64,000 nucleotides of DNA from Octopus sinensis (lineage: Eukaryota), in assembly GCF_006345805.1 (NCBI RefSeq), contig NC_043016.1:27714001-27778000 (forward strand), in the 5' to 3' direction. Shown one piece after another: positions 39,191 through 52,027 of this stretch. Numbering within the stretch: position 1 is the stretch's first letter; every line of letters begins with the position of its first letter. A program made the translations under genes and the position numbers. Below the pieces are notes generated by a model that was given only the letters and a program-made list of their open reading frames with translations, was not told where the DNA came from and ran no database searches.

Positions 39191-41833
39191 AGAGAGAGAG
39201 AGGGAGAGAGAAAGCAGCATGGCTGTGTGGTTAATAGGTTTGCTAACAACCCACTTCGCTTAGGGTTTGATCCTACTGAACAGACATATCAGCTAGTGTC
39301 TTCTACGATAGCTGCTGGCTGACTAAAGCCTTGTAAGTCAATTTGGCACATGAAAATAGTGTGGAAGCCCATTGTATTAAGCACAAGTGTTTGTTTATTC
39401 GATCATCACATGTGCACTAAATGTAAACAAAAGCCACCATTATTCATTTATAATCTTCTGCAAAAGCATGTCCAACCATTGAGCTCTTTGTTGTTTGATT
39501 AAAAAAAAAAAAAAATCAGCAGAAATGATATCTTACATGAAAATAGGTAAGAGTTGGTAATAGGAAGAGCAAGAACTTAGAATATAGACCTTTGGTGATA
39601 TGCTGTGCTTGAGAAGACCCATCAAGGCAAATGAAATCATAGTCATGGCTGATGCCAGTATTGCATAACTGACATGTAAAAAGTACCCATTGAACATTGG
39701 GCCTCACAGAGGTAATTACAAGTGACGGGGACCTTTGGTGATAAATGTGCTTGAGAAGACTTGCACACATGCTGATGGGAGGTAAAAAGCACCCACTACA
39801 TTCTTGGAGTGGTTGGCATTAGGAAAGGCATCTAGCTATAGAAACCATGTGAAATCAGATTGGTACTTGGTGCAGCTCCCCAGCTTACCAGTTTTCAGTC
39901 AAACAAACCAACCCATGCTAGCATGAAAAACAGACGTATGATGATGATGATGATGAATGAAAGGGAATTAAATGTTACAATGTTATCTTCTACATTTTTG
40001 CCAACCTGTTGAACATGGTACATAGATCATAACAGATAATTATATTTTATATAAATACAGTTACAATAAATATTACTGAAATAAGCTTACATATCTTGAA
40101 CAACACTCCGAGGATTTCTAGTTTTAGTTTTTAAGACATTACTGCTTTCATCCATATCTGCTAAATTAGTATCTGACTGGTTTCTGAAAAAGAATTGTAC
40201 AATAATGCATGATAAAATGCCCAGAACAATCAAGGTTACTTACTGGGAATCAACATAGTCCAAGGGAAACTACATAGGAAGCAGAATATAATAAAGCCAT
40301 TAAGCTGCCATTAGCTAACTGTAAAAAAATAAATGTGTTTGGGTGTATAATACATTATTTTACTAGTTTCAGTCATCTGACTGTGGCTAAATGCTGGAGC
40401 GATACAGTCATGGGTTTTATTAAATTGCATTCCTCTACAGAGGATATTTTATTTACCTCTATTCATAAAATGACAGAATTTACTTCGATTTAGATCACTT
40501 CGATTTAGATCGCTTTTTAAGGAGTGATCTCCCCTTGGAAAACAATGCAGTCACAACACAAACGTACATATTATTGAAGCATTGTTTTACAGCCAATGCC
40601 CCTGTTTTTCAAGTAAGACATCTCTTGATTTCAGACATCTAGAAAGCGTGAAGCAAGACGACAAGTTGTTTACTGGAGAAGTGACAACACTTGTAGCAGC
40701 TGCTAGAGTACAAATGTAAACAAACACACAGTAGCGCACACGCACATGGCTTCTTTTAGTTCAATTCTACTAAATTCACTCACAAGGATGGGAGATATAA
40801 CAGAAAACACAAGTCACACTGTAGGAAAGTAAACTTCTTAACCACACTGCCACATCTGAGTAACTTACATGAGAGTGAGAGAGTGTGTGTGTGTCTGCGC
40901 GCATGAGTGTGTATGTATGTGTGTACATATACTATATACACAGGTGACGTGCTACATGTTGGACTTTCCATATCTTCCTCTCCCACATATTCTTTCCTTG
41001 TAAATATCTTGGTACTTTTTTCTTTTATCCAACTGTTATCCTCCATTCACATCACATCTGTATCCAGCCTTCCCTCAGCATGCCTTCTGTTATACATGCA
41101 CACTAACATTACACGTCCATGTAGAGAACACCTAACTTATTATTTGCCATCCTCATGGACAATCCCTGTATGAAAAGGTCTTAAATGTAAAAGATTTTCA
41201 AAATAATGGTTTCAAAGGAATTTTATCAATAGCTTATCAGATAGATAAAACAGCCTCTAAGAGTAAACATTACAGAAACAAGAATCAAAGCAAAATTACA
41301 CAATATGATTTTGTGTGGCCTAATGATTAATGCTGAATTTAGGATTGCAAGATCACGGTTTCAATTCTCAGACTGGTATTTGTGTTCTTGAGCAAAACAC
41401 TGCAAACAATGAGTATTCCAATCCACTCAGCTGTAAATGGGGAAATTTTGTGATGGAGTGGCATACAAGGGCAAGATAGTGACTCAGAAAAATCACCCAA
41501 ATGGAGGTCTTGCAAACGATGTTTTGAGTTCAGCAATTGAAAGGACGAACATTACAACCCATACTGTGAATCCTGGCTAGTTGGGATTTGCTGTTCAACC
41601 ACTTAGAAGGTTGGCTGATTGATTGATGACACAATCAACTTCATTTGAGCCAAATGTCAAATTAATAGATAGTATTGCCAGTGACAGGAATAATAACAAT
41701 TTCTAACTTTGGCAAAAGAAGTTACAAATTTGTAGAAAAGATACATAAAGTTAAATCCACTCTCATATGACCAGTATTCATCGACCCTAGCAGAAAAGAA
41801 TTTTAATTGAAAAACAGAAACAAAATTTAAATA

Positions 41834-42268
41834 CAGGTTGTTTGTTGACTTATGACCTATTTGACTTACAACCGATCAACTTTACGACAATTGGCATGTG
41901 AGCTCCTGGCAGCAATAATAAATGGTCCAGTTGAAATCTAATGGGTTTAATTTCTTAGAAATTAACCCATCTACTGATGATGTCAACAAACAAACACTCC
42001 CACTAGGTTTGGTTATCGATCGCTACTGTGTTGGATGACTAATCCTGTTGTGGAAACATCAAGGCAACCTTGTATTTGTTTATAAGACAACTGCTTGAGA
42101 CTCTGAAATTTTTGACTAACACCAATATAATAATATAATACAGAATGCTATGAGTGACTTTTACCTGAGAATGTACCTTAAGAGTGTAAAATATATATAG
42201 GCCAACTTACAACCAAATCGTCTTACAACCAGTCAGTCAACCAATTGTGGTTGTAAGTCAATGATATG
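41834..42268. mobile_element. Tigger/pogo-type MITE
   Basis: TA|CAGGTTG..GACTTATGACC ... GGTTGTAAGTCAATGATATG|TA with repeated CTTACAACC subterminal motifs. Confidence 0.7.
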
Positions 42269-42569
42269 TAGCTCAGTAGTGAAGTAATAGTGCCTGTTTA
42301 TGAAGGCAATACCTTCAGTCTGTGAACACCCAGTGCATGCCAGCATGGAGAAGCAAATATAAATGCCACTGCCACACTCCTAGCAATAATTGATTCTTAG
42401 ATAAAAACAAAATCACCAATTTAGAGGGTGGAAGGATTGATCTACAAAAAAGATTAACCCAGAACATGAAAGGTACTTATACTCTAACAATTCTGGCAAT
42501 TCAACAGCCTTCCAAGCAATAATAATTCTTTCCACTATCTACTACTACAATAAGAAGAACAATCCTTTC

Positions 42570-42780
42570 TACTATAGGCATAAGGCTGGAAATTTGGGGA
42601 AAGGGAGCTAGTTGATTACATTGACCCCAGAGCTCAAGTGGTTAATTATTTTATCGACCTCATAAAGATGAAAGGCAAAGTGAATGTCAACAGAATTCCA
42701 GCTCAACAAAAAGAGGGATGAGATACCATTGAGCATTTTGTCCAGAATACTAACAATTCAGCCAGCTTGCTGCCTTAATA
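42570..42780 (-). mobile_element. SINE family B, degraded, about 80 nt into the intron after exon 4
   Basis: GACCCCAG..TTTATCGACC..GATGAAAGGCAAAG..CAGCTTGC. Confidence 0.7.
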
Positions 42781-42857
42781 ATAATAAATTTACTCTAACT
42801 TGATTTCATAAATTTATTCTATCAATAGACGTATTAAATAATAAAATATAAACTTAC

Positions 42858-43040
42858 TCTTTTGTTTTATTCATTGCCTGCCAGTGGCTGATATTTTCTG
42901 AACGTTGTTCATCTTGGGAAAAGTCACACACTGATGATCGGGATAAGCAAGAATATGAATCTGGGCTAATGGATAGCTCTTGTAATTGGCGAGCTACTTT
43001 CTCTTCTGACAGACAGACTTTGTTGGGAGGTATCTGGAAC
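42858..43040 (-). CDS. CCDC117: CCDC117-like exon 4 (FQIPPNKVCLSEEKVARQLQELSI...HWQAMNKTK)
   Basis: TTTTTTTCCCCTCAG| acceptor, GA|GTAAGT donor, 183 nt open frame, phase 2-2. Confidence 0.85.
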
Positions 43041-43149
43041 CTGAGGGGAAAAAAAGAAGTATAAATTACAGAGTGATAAAATGGACAGCAGAGAGGAAGG
43101 TGATGGCATGGTTTAACATCAATAGAATCATGCTAAGAGGAAAATTATT

Positions 43150-43520
43150 TATTACCTCTGCCTTAGCAAAGGTGGAGGTATTGTTTTCAGCAGCGTTTGT
43201 TTGTTTGTCCATAGACAAAATAGCTCAAGAACTGCTGGATGAATTCGGATGAAATTTTCAGGGATGTTTAGCCATGTGACTGGCATGAACTGATTAGATT
43301 TTGGGATCAATCTGGTACCGGACAAGGATTCTGGAATATTTTGTCAGCTTTTCTTTTTTACTTAATTTTTTTTGAGAGCAGTTGGGTTCCTTTTTAGTAT
43401 TCTCGTTTGTGAGAGCAGTCAAGTTTATTTCAGATATTCTCATTTTAACAATCATCTCTGGCTAATCATTAGATGACTGTGTTGCCTTGGCAGAGGTTTG
43501 CACACTCTGAGTGCTCTTAT
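43150..43520 (+). mobile_element. Helentron/DINE-1-like non-autonomous element
   Basis: Subterminal inverted repeats ACCTCTGCC / GGCAGAGGT, internal (TTTG)n, 3' stem-loop GCAC(A)CTC-T-GAGTGC, T-rich flanks. Confidence 0.7.
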
Positions 43521-45174
43521 TATTTTATTTTGCCACAAAATGTTGTTTGTTTTTGTGTGTGTGTGTGTGTGTGTACACACATCTAAAAGGAAGCAAAACA
43601 ATTACATTTAACAATTACTATATTCAGTGGTAAGAATTTCTTCACCCCTTTAAGTTGCAAAGATTTTCCCATGCACCCTACTAAAGAAAGTTTATAATTT
43701 TCATGAGCCAGTTTTAACCTTTGGAGTAAATTGAACTCTTGTATATGAGCTCTGCAGAGTATAAAATAAATTTAGTTAAGATTATACACACACACGTATC
43801 CCTATGTATGTCTTAAACAAAAATGAGCTAAAGAGAACTTAGAGTGGCCAGTGGTGTGTATTTGAAAAACACACAAATACAGTGTATCAAATACCATACA
43901 ACATAAATTCTTGATTTATTAAAATTATCTGTGCCTCTGGCAGATTTATAATTACCCATGGCAATCTAAACCGCCTTCATATGAAAAGGGGAGATAATCT
44001 TAAGATTTTTGACAAAGCACATGCTTGTCTGAAGATAAGAGGATATAGATATCATCATCATCACCACCATCTAGTTTTCCATGTTTGCATAGCTCAAGAA
44101 GAAATAGTTTGGGATCTTTCTTTAAGCAGCTGCCCTTCCTGTCGCCGACTTCACTCATTTCCAAACACTATATTATTTTCTCACATTTTCATGGAAGACT
44201 AAAAACAAAGGACAGCTTGTACAGCTGTGATGCTTGTCTATAACTGTTGTGTGATGTTAAGACAAGGAGACAAACACAAGAAATATATAGATATAGTTCA
44301 AATTTACAGAAAACAAAAGACGAAGACAGGTGAAGAAACAAGCAGGTGTATTAGGAAGAATGGAAAAGTCTTTGATGTATTTCGAGCCAATACTCTTTGA
44401 CAGAAAGGATTGAGAGGAAAAAAATAGAGAACAAAAAAAAAAAGCATGTCGGGATTAATGGTTCAACATGAATATATATGTGTGTGTGTGTGTGTGTTTG
44501 TGCATTGCGTATGCACACATATACATGCATGATGGCTTCTTACAATATCCATCTATCAAATCTACTCACAAGGCTTTGGTTGGTCTGAGGTTATGGCAGA
44601 AGGCACTACCCCTGGGAGCTTCACAATGGGACAGAACCCAAAGCCACATGGTTGGGATGCAAACTTCTTAACCTCATAGCCATACACACATATACATCTG
44701 TACACATACTGATATGTATTTACACAGTCAATGACTGGTGTAGCAATAATCATTGTGAACTGCTACAAGGAAAAAGATGTTTCAGAGAGAGGAAATGAAC
44801 AAGAATCAAAATGTCGGACAAGGACGTGAAAGCCAGAGTCATAACAGAACTGAACAGTAGCAGATTTAGTCCTTGATGAAATCTAGTTTAGTTGTATGCT
44901 TGGAAGAGGTATCACAAATGTAATCTTCCTAGTATGGCATTTGTTGACATGGAGAAGGTATTTAACAGGGTGCCACATACAATAATTTGGTGATCACTTA
45001 GGAAAATAAATGTAAACAAATGGCTTGTAAAGGGTACACAAGCTTTGGACAAAGACAAAGAAAATAAAGCAAGAGTCAATGATTTCAGTGATGAATTTCT
45101 TGTGAAGGTAGGGGTCCAGTTCTCAATCTTCTGATATTCATCATACTTCTACAGGCTACCACAGAGGCGCTTAA

Positions 45175-45393
45175 TCTTTCTGTTACTATATTTCTGTTGA
45201 AATATACTACCATTGTTTTCAATTAATTTTGAAAATAATGAAGAATTTAATAAAATAATTGTCATTATTAAGCTAGTGTTAGAAATATAGATTAACATGA
45301 AATTTTGGAAGATTTTAATGCAGATCAATTTAGTAAAACTAGTTTGTCTCATAGAACTAAGGGCTGTTTCAGGTGGATTGGTAACAAAAAGGG
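45175..45393. mobile_element. piggyBac-type MITE, degraded copy
   Basis: TTAA|TCTTTCTGTTAC ... GGTAACAAAAAGGG|TTTA; related to 45672-45886. Confidence 0.65.
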
Positions 45394-45671
45394 TTTATGC
45401 AAACTCCTAGCTGTAGATATCTACTAAGGAATTAGAGAGGAAACTCCAAGCATGGAAGCTAAACCTACAATTGATAGGCATCAAGGTAAACTTAGCAAAG
45501 ATGGTTTTGGTAAGCAGGAAAGTAGACAGGACTCAAGTACCTTTAGGGGAATGGCCCAGTAAAGTGTGTGTGTGTGTGCGCGTGTTAATCTCTTGATTCA
45601 TAAATTATATGAAAATTTCTACTCTGATATCTGTGCCAATATTAGAAGCAATCTGAAAAAAAGTTCCTTAA

Positions 45672-45886
45672 CCCTTTCATTACTGTATTTATTTTGAGAT
45701 ACTCTGTTTTTCTTCCAATTACTTTAAATATAACCAAGAATTTAGTGAAATAACTTAGTGACCATTCAGCTAGTGTTAAGGAACATAAATTGTGTCTAAG
45801 GTTTGGTGGAAGATTTTAGTTCAAAACTTATGAAAATTAGACATTTGTACTTAGAGCCGGTTTCAGCCGGGTTGGTAACGAAAGGG
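45672..45886. mobile_element. piggyBac-type MITE
   Basis: TTAA|CCCTTTCATTAC ... GGTAACGAAAGGG|TTAA. Confidence 0.85.
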
Positions 45887-47276
45887 TTAAATTTGTGGGG
45901 GTCGATGTGGTCTTGCATATGGCAAATTGATTCAGCTGTCACACACAAATCACTGTCTCAGTAACTTGTAATCAGGATCAATAAAGTACTAGTTGAGAAC
46001 TGGGCCCAATCGAATTGACTACCATCCTACCCCAAAAAAGTTGCTGGCTTTGTACCAAAATTTGAAACCTCCATCATCATTATCTTCCAAAGATTGAAAA
46101 CTACAAGTGTAAAAAGTGTAATTTAATCTCACATTAAATTAATTGTTTGTTTGTACAAAATGCATCAGCTGATTGCTAGTTAACAAATAATATTTGATAG
46201 CAGCATTTAACAATAAATTTTTGTACATATTTTCTCCAAAATAATATTGGAATAAAATTCTGGGGGTGGACATTTGATGCCAAAATAATTAATGTATCAT
46301 TAAATTACACCATCATGCTATTAAATTTTTACTGTGAAACCAAAGAATTGTCTCATTCCAGGATGTCTGAAGAAATACTGAATAAAAGGACATGGTAACA
46401 CTCATAGCAACGTCTCCAACACTTGTCCTGTCTGCTACATAGATTTTAATTTGAATTTACAAATATTTAATCAAATAATCATTTAAAACAACAATGAAAG
46501 TCACTTGAATGGATAAACACACATGCACACACCGTGTGTATATGTATATATGAATAATGATAGTAATAATATACTTGTGATAGGGAAACATTTAACTTAT
46601 TGTCAAAAACTATCCCATCCACACCCTACAACCAGGTGCTTGTCTTTCACTCAACTAATCAAGCTTTATTTCTTGTCTCTTCATCAGCCACCACTGTATT
46701 TCACCTGCTAGACCCTGCACTTAACAATTTTGTAATCCATCCTCTCCAGAACTTCAAATTATCTGGAATTGTCTTCCTGCAGATGTGAACTGAACAACCA
46801 ATCTCAGTAATATCAAAAGACATGAGTATTACCTTCTTTTCTTTAACAATGAAATAAATACGACACAAAATATTTCATAACCCTATGGTAAAAAGATGAA
46901 ATAATGCAGGACAACAACCAAAACAAATGTAGTTGGTTAAGCAGAATGCATAGGGTCTATAGTAAAGTAATATTTTCACCTCATCAGACTTGTTTTTGCA
47001 GATCATTGGAAAGGATTGAAACTGCTTGCATGACAGTGATACTCATTTACAACTATCACGCAATGTCAAGACAAGGAGACACAATCACACACGTACACTA
47101 TAGCCTGGGCTATAAAAGAAGACACTTGCTCCAGATGCCATGCGGTAAGACAGAATCTAAAACTATGTGGTTGGGAAACTAACTTCATAACACAGCCACA
47201 CTCATTTGTATTTTGCATGTGTATACACACATATTTGAATATATACACATACACTTTTACATCTATATAATGTATA

Positions 47277-47313
<37 letters not shown>

Positions 47314-47509
47314 ATGCACATACACACATAAAGAGGTAAAAAAAAATCAATGAAATGAGATTGAAAACCAGGAAATGAGAACAAGTATGTCTGAAATATC
47401 TTGAAAATTAGCTTCAATAAAAATATGGTTCCTGAACAATAATTGGAAATACTTGAAGGAAAACAATATTGCAGCTATTAAATATCATTAATATTATAGC
47501 GAACATTTG

Positions 47510-47720
47510 AGGCAGCAAGCAGGCTAGATTGTGGGCACGCCAGGCAAAATGCTTAGATGCATTTTATCCATCTTTACGTTTTGAGTTCAAATTCTGCCAA
47601 TGTCAACTTTACCTTTCATCTTTTCAGGGTCAATAAAGTACTAGTTGAACACTGGGAGTTAATATAATTGACATACCCACTCTACCAAAATTGCTAATCT
47701 TCTGCCAAAATCTGAAAGCA
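47510..47720 (+). mobile_element. SINE family B, degraded
   Basis: GCAGCAAGC head, GAGTTCAAATTC B box, CCTTTCATCTTTTCAGGGTCAATAAA domain. Confidence 0.7.
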
Positions 47721-48559
47721 ATATTATGGTGAACATCACAAGCTCAGTAATTTGTAATGTTGGAACAAGGATGAAAATGTTGACAAGATTTTAGCATAAA
47801 TATCAAGAATTCTAGCACTGTCAATTCTTCTTGCTTACTTATGTTGGAACTAAATGTTAAGAAAAGGTCCATCTAAACAGAGATTTCAAAGTAACAGCCA
47901 GTACATTATCAACTATAATTTGTGGTGTTTGTAACCAGAAACCAGTTAAAGTGTTTATATTTAGTTATTTAGCTTATTCAATTTTGCAACAAAATGCTTT
48001 AAAAATATGTCAGCATCATCATTTAATGTTCCATGCTGGCATGGATGGGACAATTTGACAGGATCCAATGAATCCTAGGATTGCGTTATGCTCCAGTGTC
48101 TGCTCTAGCATGGTTTCTATGACTGGATGCCTTTCCTAATGTCAAACATAAACTGGATGCTGTTTTCATACCCCTAGTATAGGTGATGTTGTCATGCAGT
48201 TTACAAGCCTACAAAACTCAGGAAGAGCTTCATGCTAGCCAATGAGGGTTACAGTATGAGAGAAGGGGATGTTGCAGAGTTGTTTCTTGTCATAGAACAT
48301 CTACACAACAACTCACATTTAGGAGAGAGTTAGGAATATATAAACAGTAGCTGTGAAGAGATAAATAGCGGTGGTGATAATGAGGTGGCTGCAGTCCCTC
48401 AAGGTGTAAGGATAGTACAAGTGATTAGAGATACAGAAAATTAGGAGTATGTGAGGGCAGGGGTTTGCAAGAGTGTCTGAAGTGGGGTAAGAGATAGTGT
48501 TAAAAATGGGAAGCACAACAGTTGTATATCATGTAACTATGGAACAAGTGGCATCCATC

Positions 48560-49010
48560 AATAAATACTGCTTTCAAATTTTGGCACAAGGCCAGTAATT
48601 TTGGGGAAGTGGGGCAAGTCAATTACATTGACCCCCAGTGCTCAACTGGTACTTATTTTGTCGAACCCAAAAGGATGAAAGGCAAAGTCAACCTTGGCAG
48701 GATTTGAACTCAGAACATTAAGTCAAAAGAAATGCCACTAAGCATCTTCCCCAGTGCAGTAATGATTCTACCAACTCACAGCCTTAAATGATTGATTTCG
48801 AATTTTGGCACAAGACCAGCAATTTTAAGCAAGGAGAAAAGCTAATTACATCAACCCCAGTACAGAGTTGATACCTATTTTATTGACACCCCCCCCCCAA
48901 AGGATGAAAGGCAAAGTCAACCATGGCAGGATTTGAACTCAGAACATTAAGATGGACAAAATGCTTAGCAGCATTTTGTCCAGTATGTTAACAATTCTGC
49001 CAGTTTACCA
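48560..49010 (-). mobile_element. Two tandem SINE family B copies
   Basis: Two successive ..CCCCAGT..GGATGAAAGGCAAAGTCAACC.TGGCAGGATTTGAACTCAGAAC units. Confidence 0.8.
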
Positions 49011-49898
49011 CTTTTGCATGCATCTCTAAATATTAACAAACGTCCAGTAACTGTTTCATTTGAAGTGCTACTCATGTATCACATAGGCTTATTCAAAACT
49101 AAGGCTATTTATTTGTTTAGCTATCATAGGTCTGCTCAAACCACGCATGACTGAGACTATTCAACAACATCTTCAGGTCAAAGAGTCTGTGGAATCTATC
49201 TGAGATATGCAATAACAACAACAAAATCCATTGACAGAGTTCCTTTGTAATTAAGGCACTGAATGTAACAGCCAATTTTTTGATGAATTCTATGCAGTCA
49301 TTCAGGCTACCAAAGAGTAAATACCAACTCTCTCTAAGCAATTTCAAAGTCTTTAAAATGATGACCACATTTTAAATTTATAAATCTTAGAATAAAATGT
49401 GCTTAGAATAGGAGAGACAGAAGGATCATGGAAGAAAATGAACATGGAATGTTTATTTTTTTAAACTTAAAATAAACATACTGGGCTTCTATCTAAATGT
49501 CAAAAATTGCTGAAATTGAGGGTCACTGGTATTGAGGCAGTAAACTCCTTACTACAGGTTTGCTATGCAGATGCTGTCTGGGAGATATCCCACAAATAAC
49601 TGGCTCATTCCCCCTATCTTTGCTCAATTTATCACTTTAAACAGATTTATTGGAATGTATTATGTATTGTAGTATATATACATACACCCATATGTAATAT
49701 ATATATATTAGTTATATTTTGGGATGGTCTTTTTTTATTGCCAAATAAACACACACTATGTACTTGTTCTTCACTTCAGCTTTACTCTTATTTTTATTTT
49801 AGTGTCTTGTCTGAAATCTTTCATAACACATCCTGTGACCTCTTCAGCAACTCTCCATCCCATTCATCTTTTCGTGTGTGTGTATACATACATTCACA

Positions 49899-51092
49899 CA
49901 CATTGTGATCAAAAGTATCTAGACATTCACTGATAATGAAGTACAAGTTTGGGTTAACCTCCATCAGGAACACTGGCAGTCAATAAGTGTTGGCCCACCC
50001 TTAGCCTTGGTGACAGCCTCCATTCTTGCAGGCATACTTTCAAGGTGCTGGATGGTTTCCTGGGGAATGACAGCCCATTCTTCACAGAGTGCCAGTATGA
50101 GCAAGGATATCAATGTTGGTTGGTATGGCATTCAAAAACATCGCAAAGATGTCCGGTGGGATTTAAATCAGAACTCCACACAGGCCAGTCCATTAGTGGG
50201 ATGTTGTTGTCAAACCACTCTCCTACAGTATGGAAAGGTGCTTGGTCATGTTGAAAGACACAATGGTTATCCCTGAACTAGTCTTTGACAGTAGGCAACA
50301 TGAAAGTGATTAGAACGTCAGTGTAAGCTTGCTTCATGGCAGTGCCAAATAAAGCAACAAGGGGGGCCAAACCCTCTCCAAGAGAAACACAACCACACCA
50401 TGACTCCACCACCGCTGAATTTCAGTTGGCACTATACAGGCTGGTGCACATTCACCAGGTATTCACTACACACTCACACCTTACCATTGGATCACAACAT
50501 TGTGTACCATGATTCATCACACTACACAAGTTTCTCACTGTTCTGTAGTCCAGTTTTGACGCTCTTTACACCACACGAGGCAGTGTTGGGCAATTGTCTA
50601 TATGATGTGTGGCTGATGGGCAGATGCTCTGCCACAAAACCCAAGTTTCTGCACCTTACACCAGTTATGGTGCTTGAAGTAGATCCTGCTGCAGTTTGCA
50701 ATTTTTTTTGTGATGGTGGTGAAGGATGATAGACAATTATGCTGCATGACCCTCTTCAACACTCAACAGTCTCTAGGAGTTAACATGGGAGCTTGACCTG
50801 AATGCTTTTGGGTTGTATACATCCCTTCAGATTTCCACTTCACTATTACATCAGAAACAGTGGACCTAAGGGATCTTCAGGAGGGTTGAAATCTCGTGCA
50901 CATGTTTATTAGCCAAGTGGCATTTGACCTCATTGAAAGTCCATTGGTTCCACACAGCATCCCATTCTGCTGCTTAGCGCTGTCTGTCGGCTACTGAGAT
51001 TGTTGACCATGTGTTCCATTTTGATCCACTGTGTCACCCTCTCTGATAAACACACATTTTGCGGGGTGTCCAAATACTTTTGATCACATAGT
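49899..51092 (-). mobile_element. Decayed Tc1-like (DD34E) transposon
   Basis: TIRs CACATTGTGATCAAAAGTATCTAGACA / TGTCCAAATACTTTTGATCACATAGT. Minus strand FQHDQAP and WPVWSSDLNPTGHL correspond to WPAQSPDLNPIEHL. Confidence 0.88.
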
Positions 51093-51946
51093 CTATATAT
51101 AGTGTACATGTACACACACACACATGCATACACAAACTGTGGTCAATATTTGTCTTCTTCCTAAATGTCTGCATCTCTTCTCTCCTTCAGTTAAGCTGTG
51201 TGAGGGCCATGATGGTACAACGCATGATACCTATTTCTAGCATGAAATGAAAATTTGATCTAGTGGGTAGCAGCCTGTTATCTAGCATGCAATGAAAACT
51301 CTTAAAAAAATAAATAAAACATGGACATAGACAGATATTAATGTGCTGTTAGTTAAAAACAATTACTAAAATGTATATGTGTGTGTTTATGCATGTGCAT
51401 GATAAGGATTTGTAAGAAATGAGAGAGTATCAAACTATTAAGTCCCTCACGCCAAAGCTTTTCCAATTATTCTTTATCATTCATTGCTTCTGGATCAATG
51501 ATAAATGTACAAAATTCTAGTCCACTGACTAAACACCACAATGCTCCTTGTATCCAGATTAAATCTTGTAATTTAATATATAACTAAAGATGGAAATATT
51601 CATTCAAGAGTTTGTTTTGTCAGTTTCAACACATAACCAAAAATCCGGGGAAAAGAATACGAAGCTGAAATTCAAACTCAAATCGGGAAACAGACAGCAA
51701 AATATCATAATCTGACATTCAGATTTCCATTTTACTTTTTTATCATGACTTATTGAATTTCAATAAGGTCTTGGAATTTTTTTTTTTCTTTTTGTATTAA
51801 TTGAAAGTCCATCTCCATTTCAAGTAAAAACAGTGAATCCAACAATTTGAAATTCAAAACAAAAAAAATATATAAAATTTAATTTAACAATCTGTCTTGA
51901 TAGTAACAAAATAACGACAACAATTAAAATTAATTACAAAGCTTAC

Positions 51947-52027
51947 ATATCTGTTTCTTCATACATATCTGTTCCTCTTCTTTTTGGTCGCCGAGGAGAG
52001 CAGCTACATGAAGGTTTCGGATCATTC
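51947..52027 (-). CDS. CCDC117: CCDC117-like exon 3 (NDPKPSCSCSPRRPKRRGTDMYEETD)
   Basis: TTCCAG| acceptor, AT|GTAAGC donor, 81 nt, open in phase 2-2. The basic KRR then acidic patch resembles human CCDC117 CKKKHKREEEEDDD (recalled). Confidence 0.8.
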
